A stretch of 64,000 nt of DNA. It comes from Microbotryum violaceum. Lineage: Eukaryota. A model generated the notes under the pieces. The model ran no database searches. It was not told the origin of the DNA and was given only the letters and a program-made list of their open reading frames with translations. Below, in pieces: positions 50,400 to 62,763 of the stretch (its first letter is position 1; the number at the start of each line of letters is the position of its first letter). The stretch covers positions 1,875,591 to 1,939,590 of the forward strand of contig LN717261.1 of the NCBI GenBank assembly GCA_001244265.2. Direction: 5' to 3'. The position numbers and the translations under genes are program-made.

Positions 50400-51120
50400 G
50401 TCGCATCTGGGACTCCAATCTTGAGTTTCAGACCGAGGCCCTGTCGATCTTCTCGACTGCACTCGCGACGGCCCGTTCCGACCTGCACAAGCTCGTACGC
50501 GCCTTGCATTCTACCTTGCACTCGCAATCGTACTGACTTTGGGACCTTGGGGGCTGGACACAACCCGTTTGCAACAATCAGATTGGCCGAGTGCAGCGAA
50601 AAGAGGTCGACATGCTGCGAGCAATGCAGTCGTGGTACAAGGACAACCCTACCACATACACGGACGAGCACCTACCTGGCATGGTGGTCTGTTCTGGTCA
50701 GTCACCGCATAGCCGAGTTGCGTAGCTCCCTGCGAGCTTACACATCTCGTGCCTCGATTGATCCGCAGTGCCTCGTCGAACAGACTGATGTGGAGAGGGG
50801 CTTCGCGGACAACAAGAGGGAGTTTTGGCTCCACCTCAGCGGCTTCGCCACCACCCTCGCCAAAAAAGCCGCCCCAACGATTCTACCACGCCAGGTACTG
50901 CCCCAACGGGGCTTTTGACTATTCAATGTACGCCCCTTGACCCACTACCTCGTAGCCTCCTACCGTTAGCAAGTATACCGCTGACTGGCTGGGTCACCTG
51001 CTTGATCAGCTTCCTCTACCGCACGGTCGTGTCCCAGTTCTATGACGCCGACACCTCTCCCATGACGACCCGACCCAAGGTCTCGACCATGGATTCAACA
51101 TTTCAAGCACAGTGCACGAC
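50400..51120 (+). mobile_element. Possible Mutator-like transposase remnant
   Basis: Broken frames ending in STMDSTFQ (MULE-like DxTF), next to the Ulp1 remnant; weak. Confidence 0.25.
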
Positions 51121-51599
51121 CGTGATTACGACTTGTCAGCCCGTCGCCGACTTTCAATGTCTGGTTCTCGTGAGTGCATACCCACTCTTCCGGTCTGCGC
51201 AAAATCTTCCGCGCCGACACTAAAGCTCGCGTGGCGCCCCACGTACGTCCGCCCGACAGGAGATGGTGCAACAGAAGGCAGACTAGGGTAATGAGCGCGT
51301 GGGGTCTGGGGCTGGGTGGGACGACAGTGTCGTCGAGGCCCGATCAGCGATGGGTTTTAGCCTCGCAGTGCAAGGAGACGGGACGTGAAAGCTTGCAGAT
51401 GACTGCTCGGCAGTGGCAGAACTGGATGGTTGAAGGGACTACGCTCCGATGTGGCAGGCACGCAAAACCGGTCGTCTGGGAAGCAGAGAGTCATGTGCCA
51501 GGCTGCTTTGATGGGAAATGGAACCTCGACAAAGGTAGGCGAAGCGGTCTCGCCGATGCTGAAACAGCGCTAGCTAACTGAGACGCGCTGGACCGAGAG

Positions 51600-51711
51600 C
51601 TGCCGATGACGTCAAACCACGTTCTTTGTCTTTCGTTCTCTGACGTTCTTTGACGTTCTTTAGCCACACAGATTCATTTATATAGATAGAAGATATAGTT
51701 TTAAGGATAGA
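51600..51711 (-). mobile_element. Canonical-type Helitron 5' terminus of a second family
   Basis: Minus strand reads CTGG|TCTATCCTTAAAACTATA|TCTTCTATCTATATAAATG..., i.e. TC starts with TATATA, followed by short AAGAACGTCA repeats. Confidence 0.6.
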
Positions 51712-54065
51712 CCAGTGGGAACCCGTTAAATTAACGGAGGATGAAATTCAAAAAATAGCAGGATAATCGAACAGTCTACATGATATCAGCGCAGAGGTTA
51801 AACACGAAATACAGCAAAGAAATAAAATCTATTCATCTTACATTCATCGCCGAAACAGCCTGCGTGTCGCTTGTTGCCGGACTTGGCTTCAAACACTCGT
51901 GCAATGAGATCCGGACGGTTGCATGCTTTATCGGCCCCAGTGCAGCCTTGGTTTCCGGTGAGTCGGGGTCGTACGTCATCGTGATGAGCAGCGGAGGCTT
52001 TCCATGTTTGACAACGCACGCCAACGCATCCTGGTATCGCTGCGTGATGTCGCGATTTGGTTCGGGGTCAAGCCGTTGATGCCTTGGGTCGTGGTGAGGT
52101 GTAGGTTTTCTTGATGCAACCGGATGTGTAGAGTCGATCGGTCTCGACTTGGAGTATATCCATAAATCACAGACCCCAGGAAGGGACGTTGGGTGCAATG
52201 CGGGATTGAGAAGTACTCGTCGCCTTTGGCAAGTAGTGCGCAAAGAATTGTGAACGCGAGACTCGCCACCTCGACCCCTTTACTGGACCTTTGTCCTAGG
52301 TGTTCAAAAGTTCAATGTCAGTCTGTGCTTGCGCCTTAAACAGAATGGAACATCAGAGAAAGAGCCGAAGACGCGTACGTTCGCCATCACCATCCTCTTC
52401 GTCCCCTTCCTCGCGGTCTTCATCCTCATCATCGCGGTCTTTGTCCTCCTCGTTCGTCATCCAGACCGAGACCGGAAGCACCTCGCGCAATTGGACACCA
52501 TTGTCGATCTGCTCTCGGTTTCTGGCGATGGGCGGCCCGGCTTGGTGGAACCCGCAAAGAGGAGTGTTGAGGTGGGAGCTATTTTCCTCTGCGGCGAAGA
52601 GTGTTGGGTACCGGAGAGGCATCGCAGACGGATGGAGCGAGCTGACGACTTGGTACTTGGGTCGACCATCGGGACATCGATGACTGCGCACCTGGACAAT
52701 AAGTTCTTGCGGTCCACGATCTCCCGTGTTGGTGTCGGAATCGCAGATAAGCATCGTCATTTCCGTGCTCGGCGGAGGAAGGTTGTGGGTGCGTCGGTCT
52801 CGGCCTGGTGGTAGACAGAGGCGCAGGACCCACTCTTTGGCCGTATCCCCAGCCTGCGCAAGCTTTGGCCGATGCAAACTCCTTCACAAAGCGGTTTCCG
52901 GTACGCGGACTCGAGCTTGGTCAAAGTAGGCCTTTGTATGCGACTGCCTGCGCCGTTGAGTCCAAGTCGAGTGTCGGTGGCGGCTGGGTCGATCAGCTAC
53001 GTTTGAGCAAAGGCTGGAGCGTTGATTGACGACAGGGATCTGGACGCCGAGTCGAGGAGTAAAGCCGATCAAGCACGCGAAACACGCGGGGTCCTAGAAT
53101 GCCCAGTCGAGTCTGGTCAAAGTGAGCAGCGAGCAGAGTCAACGACAACGCGTTGTTGTACGACCGGGCGTTCTCGCGCAATGCTATAGCTTCTGTGTGC
53201 GTGGGAAGATTCTTGCACAGTTCAGCATGTGGGTCTACTGCAGACGACGGTTGTTGGACGGAGCAACTGACCGCTATCCGAGCCTTCACGTAGCTGTCGA
53301 CACTCGGGATTGTGCCGGAGAGGGGGAGGTAGCTGCACCTTGCCCTGCGAAAACGTGGGGCTTGAGGGGTTCGAGCGCGATTCGAGGCCTGCGCGCTCGC
53401 CTTTGCGCGCCTTTGCGCAGGAGGATGTGGTGGTGGGGTGAGCTCAACGTGCTGCCCATTCTACAAAGCTGTACGGGGGGCGCTCAACACCAAGATCGGT
53501 TGAGTTGTTGTTAATCACGCGCGGGGAGCTGATTCTGTTGATCGGAGCGGGACGAAGAGGAGAATCGAGCAGCGGGGCGCGAGTGTAGCTCGCGCCCGAG
53601 ACTTACTGACACAGACTCACACCGCCAGCGCGCCGCATCACGTGACAGACGACACAGACGTCAGACGTCAGATCGTCAGACGCCAGCCCTCGCGTCGCGC
53701 GTCAGGCGGAGCTCTGCTGTAGAAGCAATATCATGCAAAGCCACGCGCTTGCGGTTCATTAAATGCAATATGAGTGGAAGCATTGGTTTATGTCAGCGAA
53801 GAAAAGAAAGGAAATACTGGGAGCGCTGTAGCTTCGTTGGAACGGTGCGGAAAATACAAAAGTCAACATAGGGCTTGTACATGACTTCTGATCGGAACCC
53901 CAACACCACAGGCAGGTGCGGCAGACACAACAGTATGCTGGTACATCCACCACAGGCAGCCCTCAGGGCCGCCACCTAGTTAAAAACAGCGATTTTAGGT
54001 ACATTCCTTAACTCACACTTTTTTTTACTGGTTAGGGTAAGGTAGTAAGTAGCTAGTTAGAGTAA
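51712..54065 (-). mobile_element. Helitron family 1, copy C (both ends present)
   Basis: Near-identical to copy A at offset 18462 (identical ORF translations 33838-35052 vs 52300-53514). Hairpin + CTGG at 51712; stuttered TTAC 5' end at 54028-54065. Confidence 0.92.
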
Positions 54066-54120
54066 TCTAATATCTGCGAGATTATCTTATCTAATGGGGG
54101 AACCCTGCCTTACACGGAGC

Positions 54121-54200
54121 AAGGCGAAAGGGGGCGGCGAAGGCGGCGAAGGCGAAGGCGCGAGGCGAAGGCGCGAGGCGAAGGCGCGAGGCGAAAGGCG
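54121..54200. repeat. GGCGAA/GGCGCGA short tandem array
   Basis: Read directly from the sequence. Confidence 0.8.
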
Positions 54201-54449
54201 GGCGAGCCACTGGCGACTCGCAAGCCCTGGCGAGCCTGTCAAGCGGCGGCTCGAAGAGGCCCGAAGTCGAAGTGTTCGAAGGCTTAACAGAACGCAATTC
54301 AACAAGATTCAACAGGCCGGGCTTTCGGGGGTCGTATCGCATTGAACCTGCCCGATCGGTTCTCTCCGTCTGCTGGCGCGTTCTCTGGCGGAGGAGTGGA
54401 AACCTCACTTACCACTTTAGGCATCACTTCCCAGTGTCGTCTTCCCACC

Positions 54450-56026
54450 ATGGTCAGCGCGACATTTGTTCTTGTGCCTCACTCGTGCTCACCTGTGGTT
54501 GCCAGAGAACTGACGTGAGGCGAGTGCGTCATCAGAGCTCGAGCAAGGCCGCCCGGGAGACTCGTGTTCGCGAGTTCATCGACATCACAGGTGCATCGTG
54601 AGTTTGGCTCCGCTCGAGCTAACTGCCTGCCTTGCTTCATCCCAACTGGCTTTCGATCGCTCTCGCTGCGGGCTGGCTGCCGAACGCACGCGACGAGCCC
54701 CGCAGCTTACAGCTCTCTCTATCATCGACAATGCCGCCCGGACCAAACCCTTTGTGCGATCGTGTCGGCCATTGTAACCCGCACTTGACTTATCGGATCG
54801 AATGGCTGATTTCTACAGGCCTCAGGAAGCGGCCCGATTCCTCAAGGCGACCTCGTACCGGCTGGATGCCGCGCTGGAAGCCTTCTCCAACGACCCAACA
54901 GCGATGCGCGCCGCCGAGCAACAACGACTGAGTGGAGGTGAAGGTGGGATATCGATACGCAACCTAGACAAGCTATGGGACAAGTACCGAGGTGTGTGCT
55001 CGTATGCTGCGCTTCGAGACGATCTCGCCTGGTGAAGGCACGCGCGTGCTTACGTGTCTCCTGGTACCTCAACTATCGCGGCGGTTGCAGATGTCGAAAA
55101 GCCCGACGAGATCCACTTCGAAGGGACGATCCGCTACTGCGAAGATCTGGGCATTGCACCTGAAGATATCGTCATGCTCGCGGTTGCCTGGCTCACCAAA
55201 GCGCCTACGATGGGTCACTTTTCCAAAAAGGGTTGGACCGATGGCTGGAGAGAGGCAAGGTGCGCAGCGACCCGCTTCGTTTGCGAACGGGGCGTGAGAC
55301 GTGTGGAAGAAGACTGACGCTGGCCAAATTCCTTACACATGCAGACGAGATACAATCGAACTCCAACGCGCCTACATTGATCGACTCCGAGCGGACCTGC
55401 ACAAAGGGGACACATTTCGCCAGGTCTATGCCTTCACCTTTGACTATGCGAAAGCGGAGGGTCAAAAGAGCATGCGTCCGTCAAGCTTGCGTGCATCCTT
55501 CAGATGTCCAACTGATACGAATACATCAATCGTGCAGAATACGAGATCGCGCAAGAACTGTGGAAGCTGCTCATTCCGTCTGATCCTGCTGCAGATTTTC
55601 CCACATCGCACCTCGATTTGTGGTTGGAATTTTTGCAAACGCGCGGGGAAAGACCGGTCTCGAAAGACACGTGGAATTTGGTACGTCTGACATAGAGTGG
55701 TGGCGCAACCGCCTCAACACAGGTCCTGGATGCTTCGTCGTTCCATGTGGGGGGAAAGCCTGCCGAGACGCTCACACTGGCCCGGCAATGTTGACCATGA
55801 TGTTCGGTGACAATCCCAGTTTCTCGACTTTACGCGCACAATCGATCTACTATTCCAGGAGCACGACGAGGAAGGTGAGCGAAACACGATACGCTGCTGC
55901 GTCACTGCAGCACTGACCGACTAGCCCGGCCGGCGCCTCCCCTCTCCAGCTGCGTGGCCGTCGGTCATAGACGATTTCGTAGATTTTGCGCGGCATAGCC
56001 TTGCCTGTATGGCTCAGCCAGCCTGA
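54450..56026 (+). CDS. DCN1: Defective in cullin neddylation protein 1 (UBA-like + PONY domain), 8 exons
   Basis: VREFIDITGAS|PQEAARFL, EGTIRYCEDLGIAPED, VYAFTFDYAKAEGQKS, VSKDTWNL|FLDF, DEE|AAWPSVIDDFVDF; all intron phases consistent. Confidence 0.95.
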
Positions 56027-56134
56027 AATATCCACCTCGGTATCCATTACTGTGCGTTCAGCCCGTGTGAGGCTGAGGTTGCACCTGCACGAACGGGTTT
56101 CCGACGACGACGTTACCGCTCGTCAGCTGGAGCA

Positions 56135-56204
56135 TTACCCTTTACCTTACCCTAACCAGTCAAAAAAAAGTGTGAGTTAAGGAATGTACCTAAAATCGCT
56201 GTTT
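56135..56204 (+). mobile_element. Helitron family 1, 70-bp 5' stub
   Basis: A|TTACCCT TTACC TTACCCTAACCAG TCAAAAAAAAGTGTGAGTTAAGGAATGTACCTAAAATCGCTG. Confidence 0.85.
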
Positions 56205-56215
56205 CTAGGTAGTAA

Positions 56216-58427
56216 CCAGTGGGAACCCGTCAAATTAACGGGAGGATGAAATTCAAATAGCAGGATAATTGTACAGTCTACGCGATTTCAGGTTGAAAAA
56301 CCCCAATACGAAGAAGAAACAAAATCCATTCATGCTACATTCATCGCCAAAACAGCCTGCATGTCGCTTGCTGCCAGACTTGGCTTCAAACGCTCGTGCA
56401 ATGAGATCCGGACGGTTGCATGCTTTGTCGTTCGGCCCCAGTGCAGCCTTGGTTTGCGGTGATTCAGGAGCGCACGTCATCGTGATGAGCAGCGGAGGCA
56501 TTCCATGTTTGACAACGCGCGCCATCGCATCCTGGTATCGCTGCATGATGTCACGCGGTCTATTCTTGAACATCGAGCCCAAAGTCATCGAGCGTCCAAT
56601 TTGGTCCGGGGTTAAGCCGTTGATGCCTTGGGTCGTGGTGAGGCGTAGGTTTTCTTAATGCAACTGGATGTAGTTGAGTTGATCGGTCTCAGCCTGGGAG
56701 TATCCTTTGATCACAAACGCCGGGAAGGGACGTTGAGTGCCATGCGGGCTTGTCGCGTTTGTGCAAGTAGAACGCAAAGGATTTGTGAACGCGAGACTCA
56801 CCACCTTGACCCCCTTTACTTGACCTTTGTCGTAGGTGTTCAAACATTCAATATCAGTCTGTGCTCGCGCCTTAACAGAATGGAACACCCGAGGAGGAGC
56901 CAAAGATGCTTATGTTCACCATCACCGTTCTCTTCGTCCCCTTCCTCCTCGTCCTCACCTTCTTTGTTGCGGTCTTTTGGCGATGGGCGGCCCAGCTTGG
57001 TTGAAACCGCAAAGAGGAATGTTGGGGTGGAAGCCATCTTCCCCGCGGGGAAGAGTAGTGGGTACCGGAGAGGCATCGCAGACGGATGGAGCGAGCTAAC
57101 GATTTGGTACTTGGGCCGACCATCGGGACATCGATCACCGTGCACCTGGAGAATAAGGTCTTGCGGTCCACGATCTCCGGTGTTGGTGTCGGAATCGCAG
57201 ATAAGCATCGCCATTTCCGTGCTTGACGTAGGAAGGTTGTGGGTGCGTCGGTCTCGGCCTGGTGGTAGGCAGAGGCGCAGGACCCACTCTTTGGCCGTAT
57301 CCCAACCCGCGCGGGCTTTGGCCGATGCGAACTCCCTCACAAAGCGATTGCCGGTGCGCAACATGGACTCGAGCTTGGTCAGCGTTGATCTTTGAATGCG
57401 ACTGTCTGCGCCGTCGGGTCCAAGTCGAGTGTCGGTGGCCTCGGCCGGGTCGATGAGCCATGTTTGAGCAAAGGTTGGGCGTTGAGTCACGGCAGGGATC
57501 AGGGCGCCGAGTCGATGGTAGAGGCGACCAAACACGCGAAACACGGGGGGTCCTAGCGTGCCCACTTGAGTTTGGTCCCAGAGGGCAGCGAGCGAAGTGA
57601 ACGACAACGCGTTGTTGTACGACTGGGCATTCTCGCGGAATGCAACCGCTTCTGTGTGGGTGGGTAGAACAGTTCAGCATGTGAGTCTACTGCAGACGAA
57701 CGTTGTTGGACGGAGCAACTGACCGCTATCCGAGCCTTCAAGAAGCTGCCGATACTCGAGATTGGGCTGGGGAGGGGGAGGCAGCTGCACCTTGCCCTGC
57801 GAGCAGCACGTGCTGAAGTGTCCGGTCGACTTCGACCTTTCGCACTCCCAGTGCCAAGCCTTGCAGTGGGTGCACACGGCCGTCTGCGGGCCGAGGCCAT
57901 CGCGGATCGAAACGTGGGGCTTGAGGGGTTTGAGCGCGATTCGAGGCCTGCGCACTTGCCTCTGCGCAGGAAGAGGTGGTGGTGGGGCGAGCTCAGCGTC
58001 GGATCGGCCATCGGGCCCTCGCGCTGACCACGCTGTCGTTCTACAAAGCTGTACGGCTGACGCTTATACGGGTCGCAATACCAAGATCGGTTGGTTGTTA
58101 TCATTACGCGCGGGGAGCTGACCTTGTTGATCGGAGCGGGACGAAGAGGAGAGGAGAGGAGCGTGGCGCCCAGCCCATATTCCCGCGGTACGCTATCGTA
58201 CGGCGCTACCCTCGCGCCAAATACTCGGCGCTGTTGTCACGAAAATTCGATGAGAGGGGGAGGGAAAAGGTGAAAATTAGAGAGAGCAGCGCGGGAGTAT
58301 TTACAGGAGTATTCACAGCCCCTGGAACCTCATGTTGTTGTTGAGCCCCTAAAACCGGTATCGGGATGCCAGAAATACGTCACGTGATCGACGGGGCATC
58401 GCGCAGCGTGCCCGCGTCCGCGCGTCA
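56216..58427 (-). mobile_element. Helitron family 1, copy E (5'-truncated)
   Basis: Core ORF nearly identical to copy B (MSFTSLAALWDQ...), plus CCSQGKVQLPP, RYQDAMARVVKHG, RPDLIARAFEAK; hairpin + CTGG at 56216. Confidence 0.92.
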
Positions 58428-58709
58428 ACTACAGCGACGTGAGTCGGACTTCTTGTTGATGTCAGTGACTGTCAAACCCCAAGAAATGACCGGGCATAAA
58501 AGACGACGACCCTGCGGAGCGTGATCCGCCTCTACCTCCTGACGATGGTCACGAGTACCGGCCTTATCGTGTCGGTCGCACCCGAGCCTGCTCGAGAACA
58601 TTAACGAGGGCAACACTCTACCGGTTCGCACGCGTGCTCAGCGTCGCGTCGCCGCCCTCAGTATTGTGTCCACAACCAGAGCTCATCGCTTTGGTTTTCA
58701 CTCGTCATC

Positions 58710-59045
58710 AACCGCTTCCCAAGACCTTCAAGGATGCGATGGCTTCGCCCGATGCCGAGTCCTGGTACGCTGCGTCGGTCAAGGAACTTAACTCCATGGG
58801 CTTGCACAAGGCGTTCAAGCAAGTTTCGAGTTCACCTACTGGGGCTCGTGCCCTGGACTATCGTTGGGTGTTTACTCGAAAGGAAGGCGTCGAGGGCAAC
58901 ATCATCAGCTACAAGGTTCGGTTAGTCGTCCAAGACTTTGCTCCACGACTGGGGATCGACTACAGCAAGACGCTTGCTCTTGTCTCGTCGATCACGACGG
59001 TCTTGTTCGTCGTTCGCCTTTGTGCCGCTCGTGGACTGGTCCTGA
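58710..59045 (+). mobile_element. Ty1/copia RT N-terminal fragment
   Basis: PKTFKDAM...W..A...ELNS...RWVFTRK...YKVRLVVQDF...GIDY.KT. Confidence 0.85.
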
Positions 59046-59399
59046 CTTCTCGGCGTCGCTGCCTCTCTTCTATCAGAAGTCTATCTTCCGCGCTCGCATG
59101 TTTTCTGCGATAGTTGTCAGTGAATGTAAAGCGCAAGAAACCGAAACCGGCAGTAGTGAGTCGGTATAAAAGGTGTCGTTGCGATTTGCGGGCTTGAACT
59201 CACTACCATGACCTTCGGTGTCGACAAGTCAATATTCAGCTCGGCGTCCATTGCCGAGCGCTTGACAGGGGAGGCGATGAACCGCTTGGACTGAGTTGGA
59301 CGGTCGGCGGGGGCGTGGTCTGGCATGTCATCTGCCGCACATCAGGCACATGCAATATGCACAAAATATGTATTCAAGAAGTACTCTCGTCGTTCTGGC

Positions 59400-61400
59400 G
59401 GTGCACGCGAATCCTGAGGGGCACGAAGTTTAGGCGCCCGTGCCACTGCATTTGCCGGAGGACCTGTCCCTCCAAGCGCGAGCCTCGACGGTGCAGACAA
59501 GCGCACACAGATCACCTTCACGGGGGATGGTGTGTGCAAATCGCCCGGGGTGCCCATGGACAGTCACGGGGAGTGGCTTCGGAGATCCTTCGGCGCACTT
59601 GCGACCGGTTAAAAGCCCCTCTCGGACATCCGCATAAAATCGACTGTAATCGGGCAGGTCAAGAAAGTTCTCCCAAGCGGTTCGCCCCCTGTGCATTTTC
59701 CCAATGACTGCAAACACGCTTGTCAGCCCAATCATCAGATCCTGGAGCCTACAAAAGCAAAAATGTAAATTACTACTTACACCTTGGGGATGATTAACTG
59801 GTGGTGGATGAAGACCACCTGCGGCTTCGCCGTTAGGTTTGGCATGTTGACTTCGATCGCTGGCCGGGCCGGGTGAGGATGAGAAAAGGGAAGGAGTCAG
59901 GTTTCTGCAACGGATTCGATACAAGAGATACCACGGCTTACATTGACCGTTCCCCAAGTTCCACGCCGTTGCCGCATGTTCAGACAACAAGCATCGCAAC
60001 TTGGACTCCATGCCCTGAGTCGCAAGCGCCTCGGACGTCACGAGCTCGAGGCCGATCTCACGGATCAAATGCTGCGGCTGCTGTCTTTCCGGAGGCAAGT
60101 GCTCGCGACTGAACGCACAAACGTGGCTCAACCACTCCAACATTCGTTTCACCTTCCCTTGCCTCACAATCATCGGTCGACACTTCTCTAGTTCGGTCAA
60201 ATTAGCTTTAGCGCCGCAAAACAATACGCACACATGCACTGTCGGCTAATTGCTCGACTGACATCGGAAGAATGTCCGTGAACGCGGCAGTATTCTGACT
60301 GAAAATTAAGGTATTTCCCGAGTACACTTTTGCTGCGCCTTTAGGTCGCCAAACTTTGTAATCTTGTAGACGAATCTATAAGCGCGGGCCCGGGCAGTGA
60401 CCAACACGCCTCACGGCTTCGCCGAACCACTCAAGCTTCGCAGGCTGAGCGGTCCTCGCCCTATACTCCTGCGTCCGCCCGACTCCAAGCTGAGATCCGT
60501 GCCGAATGGAATCAGTACTTCACAGATGCCAATTTTCGAGTTTTCTGCTGCTTGGTTTGCTCTGAGAGGGTCTTCGGGCACGAGGCACAGTGGGTTGCGA
60601 AGAGCGTTCTCAAGTGCAGAGATCGCGGCATCCTGGAGGTGCTCACAGATATTCATTTGCGCTCTGACTTGCGGCCTACAACGTATGATTTCGAGGAATG
60701 GCGTGCTGCAATCATTGATCCGCGTGGTCTACATCGGCGGAACGACCTAGAGGGCTAGCCCATCTACTTCGCCACGGATGAGTCCTCCGTCCAGTGTTCG
60801 GTTTGCCCCGGCTGTTATCAAAGTCTCTTCACCTGTAAGGGCTGCGCCTACTAAGCGCGCTCGTTCATTGAGTAGTCGTCTTTACCGGGCCGTCGATCAT
60901 CTGCCTCCGAATGTCAAGGGCTGTTTCTCAGGTGCAAGTCAGCTCGAACTGAGCCGTGTGTCGTCGTCAGCGCGGCTGTCATTGATGGTCGCCGCTCGTC
61001 GTCTGACATCTTTTCTGAGTCGCATTTTCTGTCAATGACATTTCCTCTCGTTCACAAATCTCCTTGCTCAGTTCTGCTTGACACGACTCCCATGTTTTGC
61101 GCCGGTAGACCGTGTGGCGGGGTACGCAATGCCGTCTGGGGACCAGAATGTCATTGGCTGTGCTTCGCTTGAAGATGTAGCCGCTCTCACATGCTGGACA
61201 ACTCTCAGTGCCCGAAGACAATATATTACGCAAAAACAGTTCTCTAGCCCTTGATCGCCGAAGAGAGTAGCCTTGCAAGTTGTGAGTCTGACAAAGAATC
61301 TGCAGTTGTTCCAAACGAAGTTTGACGTTGGACAAGACGAGCTGTCGCAATGAGCACCTGCTTTGGGCACGCCTGAGGTGGACTCGCGACGGCTCAGCTT
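59400..61400 (-). mobile_element. Heavily decayed rolling-circle (Helitron2/Helentron-like) coding remnant
   Basis: TARARAYRFVYK and VCVLFCG...MIVRQGKVKRMLEWL resemble the region found upstream of Rep in fungal Helitron-like proteins; no intact HUH or helicase motif seen. Confidence 0.4.
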
Positions 61401-61987
61401 CAGGCTCAGCGCTAGCTCAACTTTAAAATTTCAACGTTTCAACGCTCTCAGCTTGAGCGGCCCGGCGCCCCGACGACCACATCGATGAGTCTAGGCGAGC
61501 TACTCAAACGCTGCTGCAGTAGCTTCTGGACTTGCTCACTGGCAGTACTACCCGACAACAGTCTCCAGACGGCAAAAAGCCCATTCACTCCGGCAGGGTC
61601 CCGGCGCTCGATTGTCGATCAAGCTCTCGAAATTTCAGCTCGTGATTGCGGGTCGTGCTGACCGCCGAGCAAGTTGACCGGTTCTATGCTCGTATCAGGT
61701 CCCCAAAGGGAATATGTCGAGGGTGCACGAGTGACCTACTCCTTCCTTTGGATTGTCGAGAGGTGATACCACATGCGTCACTTCTGCCTACACTTACTCC
61801 AACTACCTCGGGCCTGGAGGCCGCAAGGCACGGGATTGAGCGAACCCCTTTTCAACTCGTGCTGATCCGGACCACTCTTGAGTCATCGATCCACCCGTTC
61901 TTTCTATTACATCCACCCTTGTACAGTAGTCCTCTAGACCTGCCCAGCCTGTTTCATATCGACGGGGGCTCATGACGATGACCGATC

Positions 61988-62591
61988 TTAGAACAGCTTT
62001 GAAGCCCTTGTCCTGACGTTCGGGAATCCGAGGGCCGAGTCTTGCGTGTCGATGGTCCTATGGGAGCACAACATACGGGAGATGAGAACGGCACCCTTTT
62101 TTTGGATAGCATGAAGGTAGGTGCGGGTCCCCAAAGAGCAAGAGGAACGTACTTGTCGGCCATCTCACTTGCCCACGAGATCTTGGCCAACGAATTGGCG
62201 GACCAGAGTAGGCCTATTGTGAGGAGGGCGAACGCAGCTAGGACTTGTAATATGACCTGTTGTGTAAACAGATGCAACAGAGGTGGGACGGGTCAGCTGG
62301 AGCAGTCGGAGCAGTCGGAGAAGAGCAGTCATTCCGAATCTCACGAAGACGAAGCGCCAACGTACGGGTAGAGGTAAGGGGATAGCTTGAGAGAAACGAT
62401 GCGAAGGTGGAGGGATCCATTCGGCTTTGATTGAAGATCGAGCTGTGTAGGAATGAAATCGAATCTATCAGTACAAGCCTCGAGTAGGGACCATCGACGC
62501 GGGTCTTGGACTGACCATCCCATGCGATAAAGGCCGAGTAGAGGAAGCCCAGTGAGGCGAGTTGGATCAGCAGTCTCGGGAGGACCGCCAT
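61988..62591 (-). CDS. EMC5: EMC5/MMgT-family small membrane protein, 4 exons
   Basis: Spliced product MAVLPRLLIQLASLGFLYSAF...LPLPVILQVLAAFALLTIGLLWSANSLAKISWASEMADKTIDTQDSALGFPNVRTRASKLF*; two TM helices and consistent intron phases. Confidence 0.75.
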
Positions 62592-62763
62592 GGGATGATG
62601 CAGAGGGAGCGAGTAGGGGGGTTCCGGACAAGGAGGAGACAGGAGGAGACGAAAGACGAGGTAGCTCATCCAAGGCGCGCTCGTTGTTGCGCTGCAGTGC
62701 GCTGCTTGCTCTCCTCCGTACGAATAGCGTGTGGGGCCGGGCCAGACCCGACCGCGAAAAACG

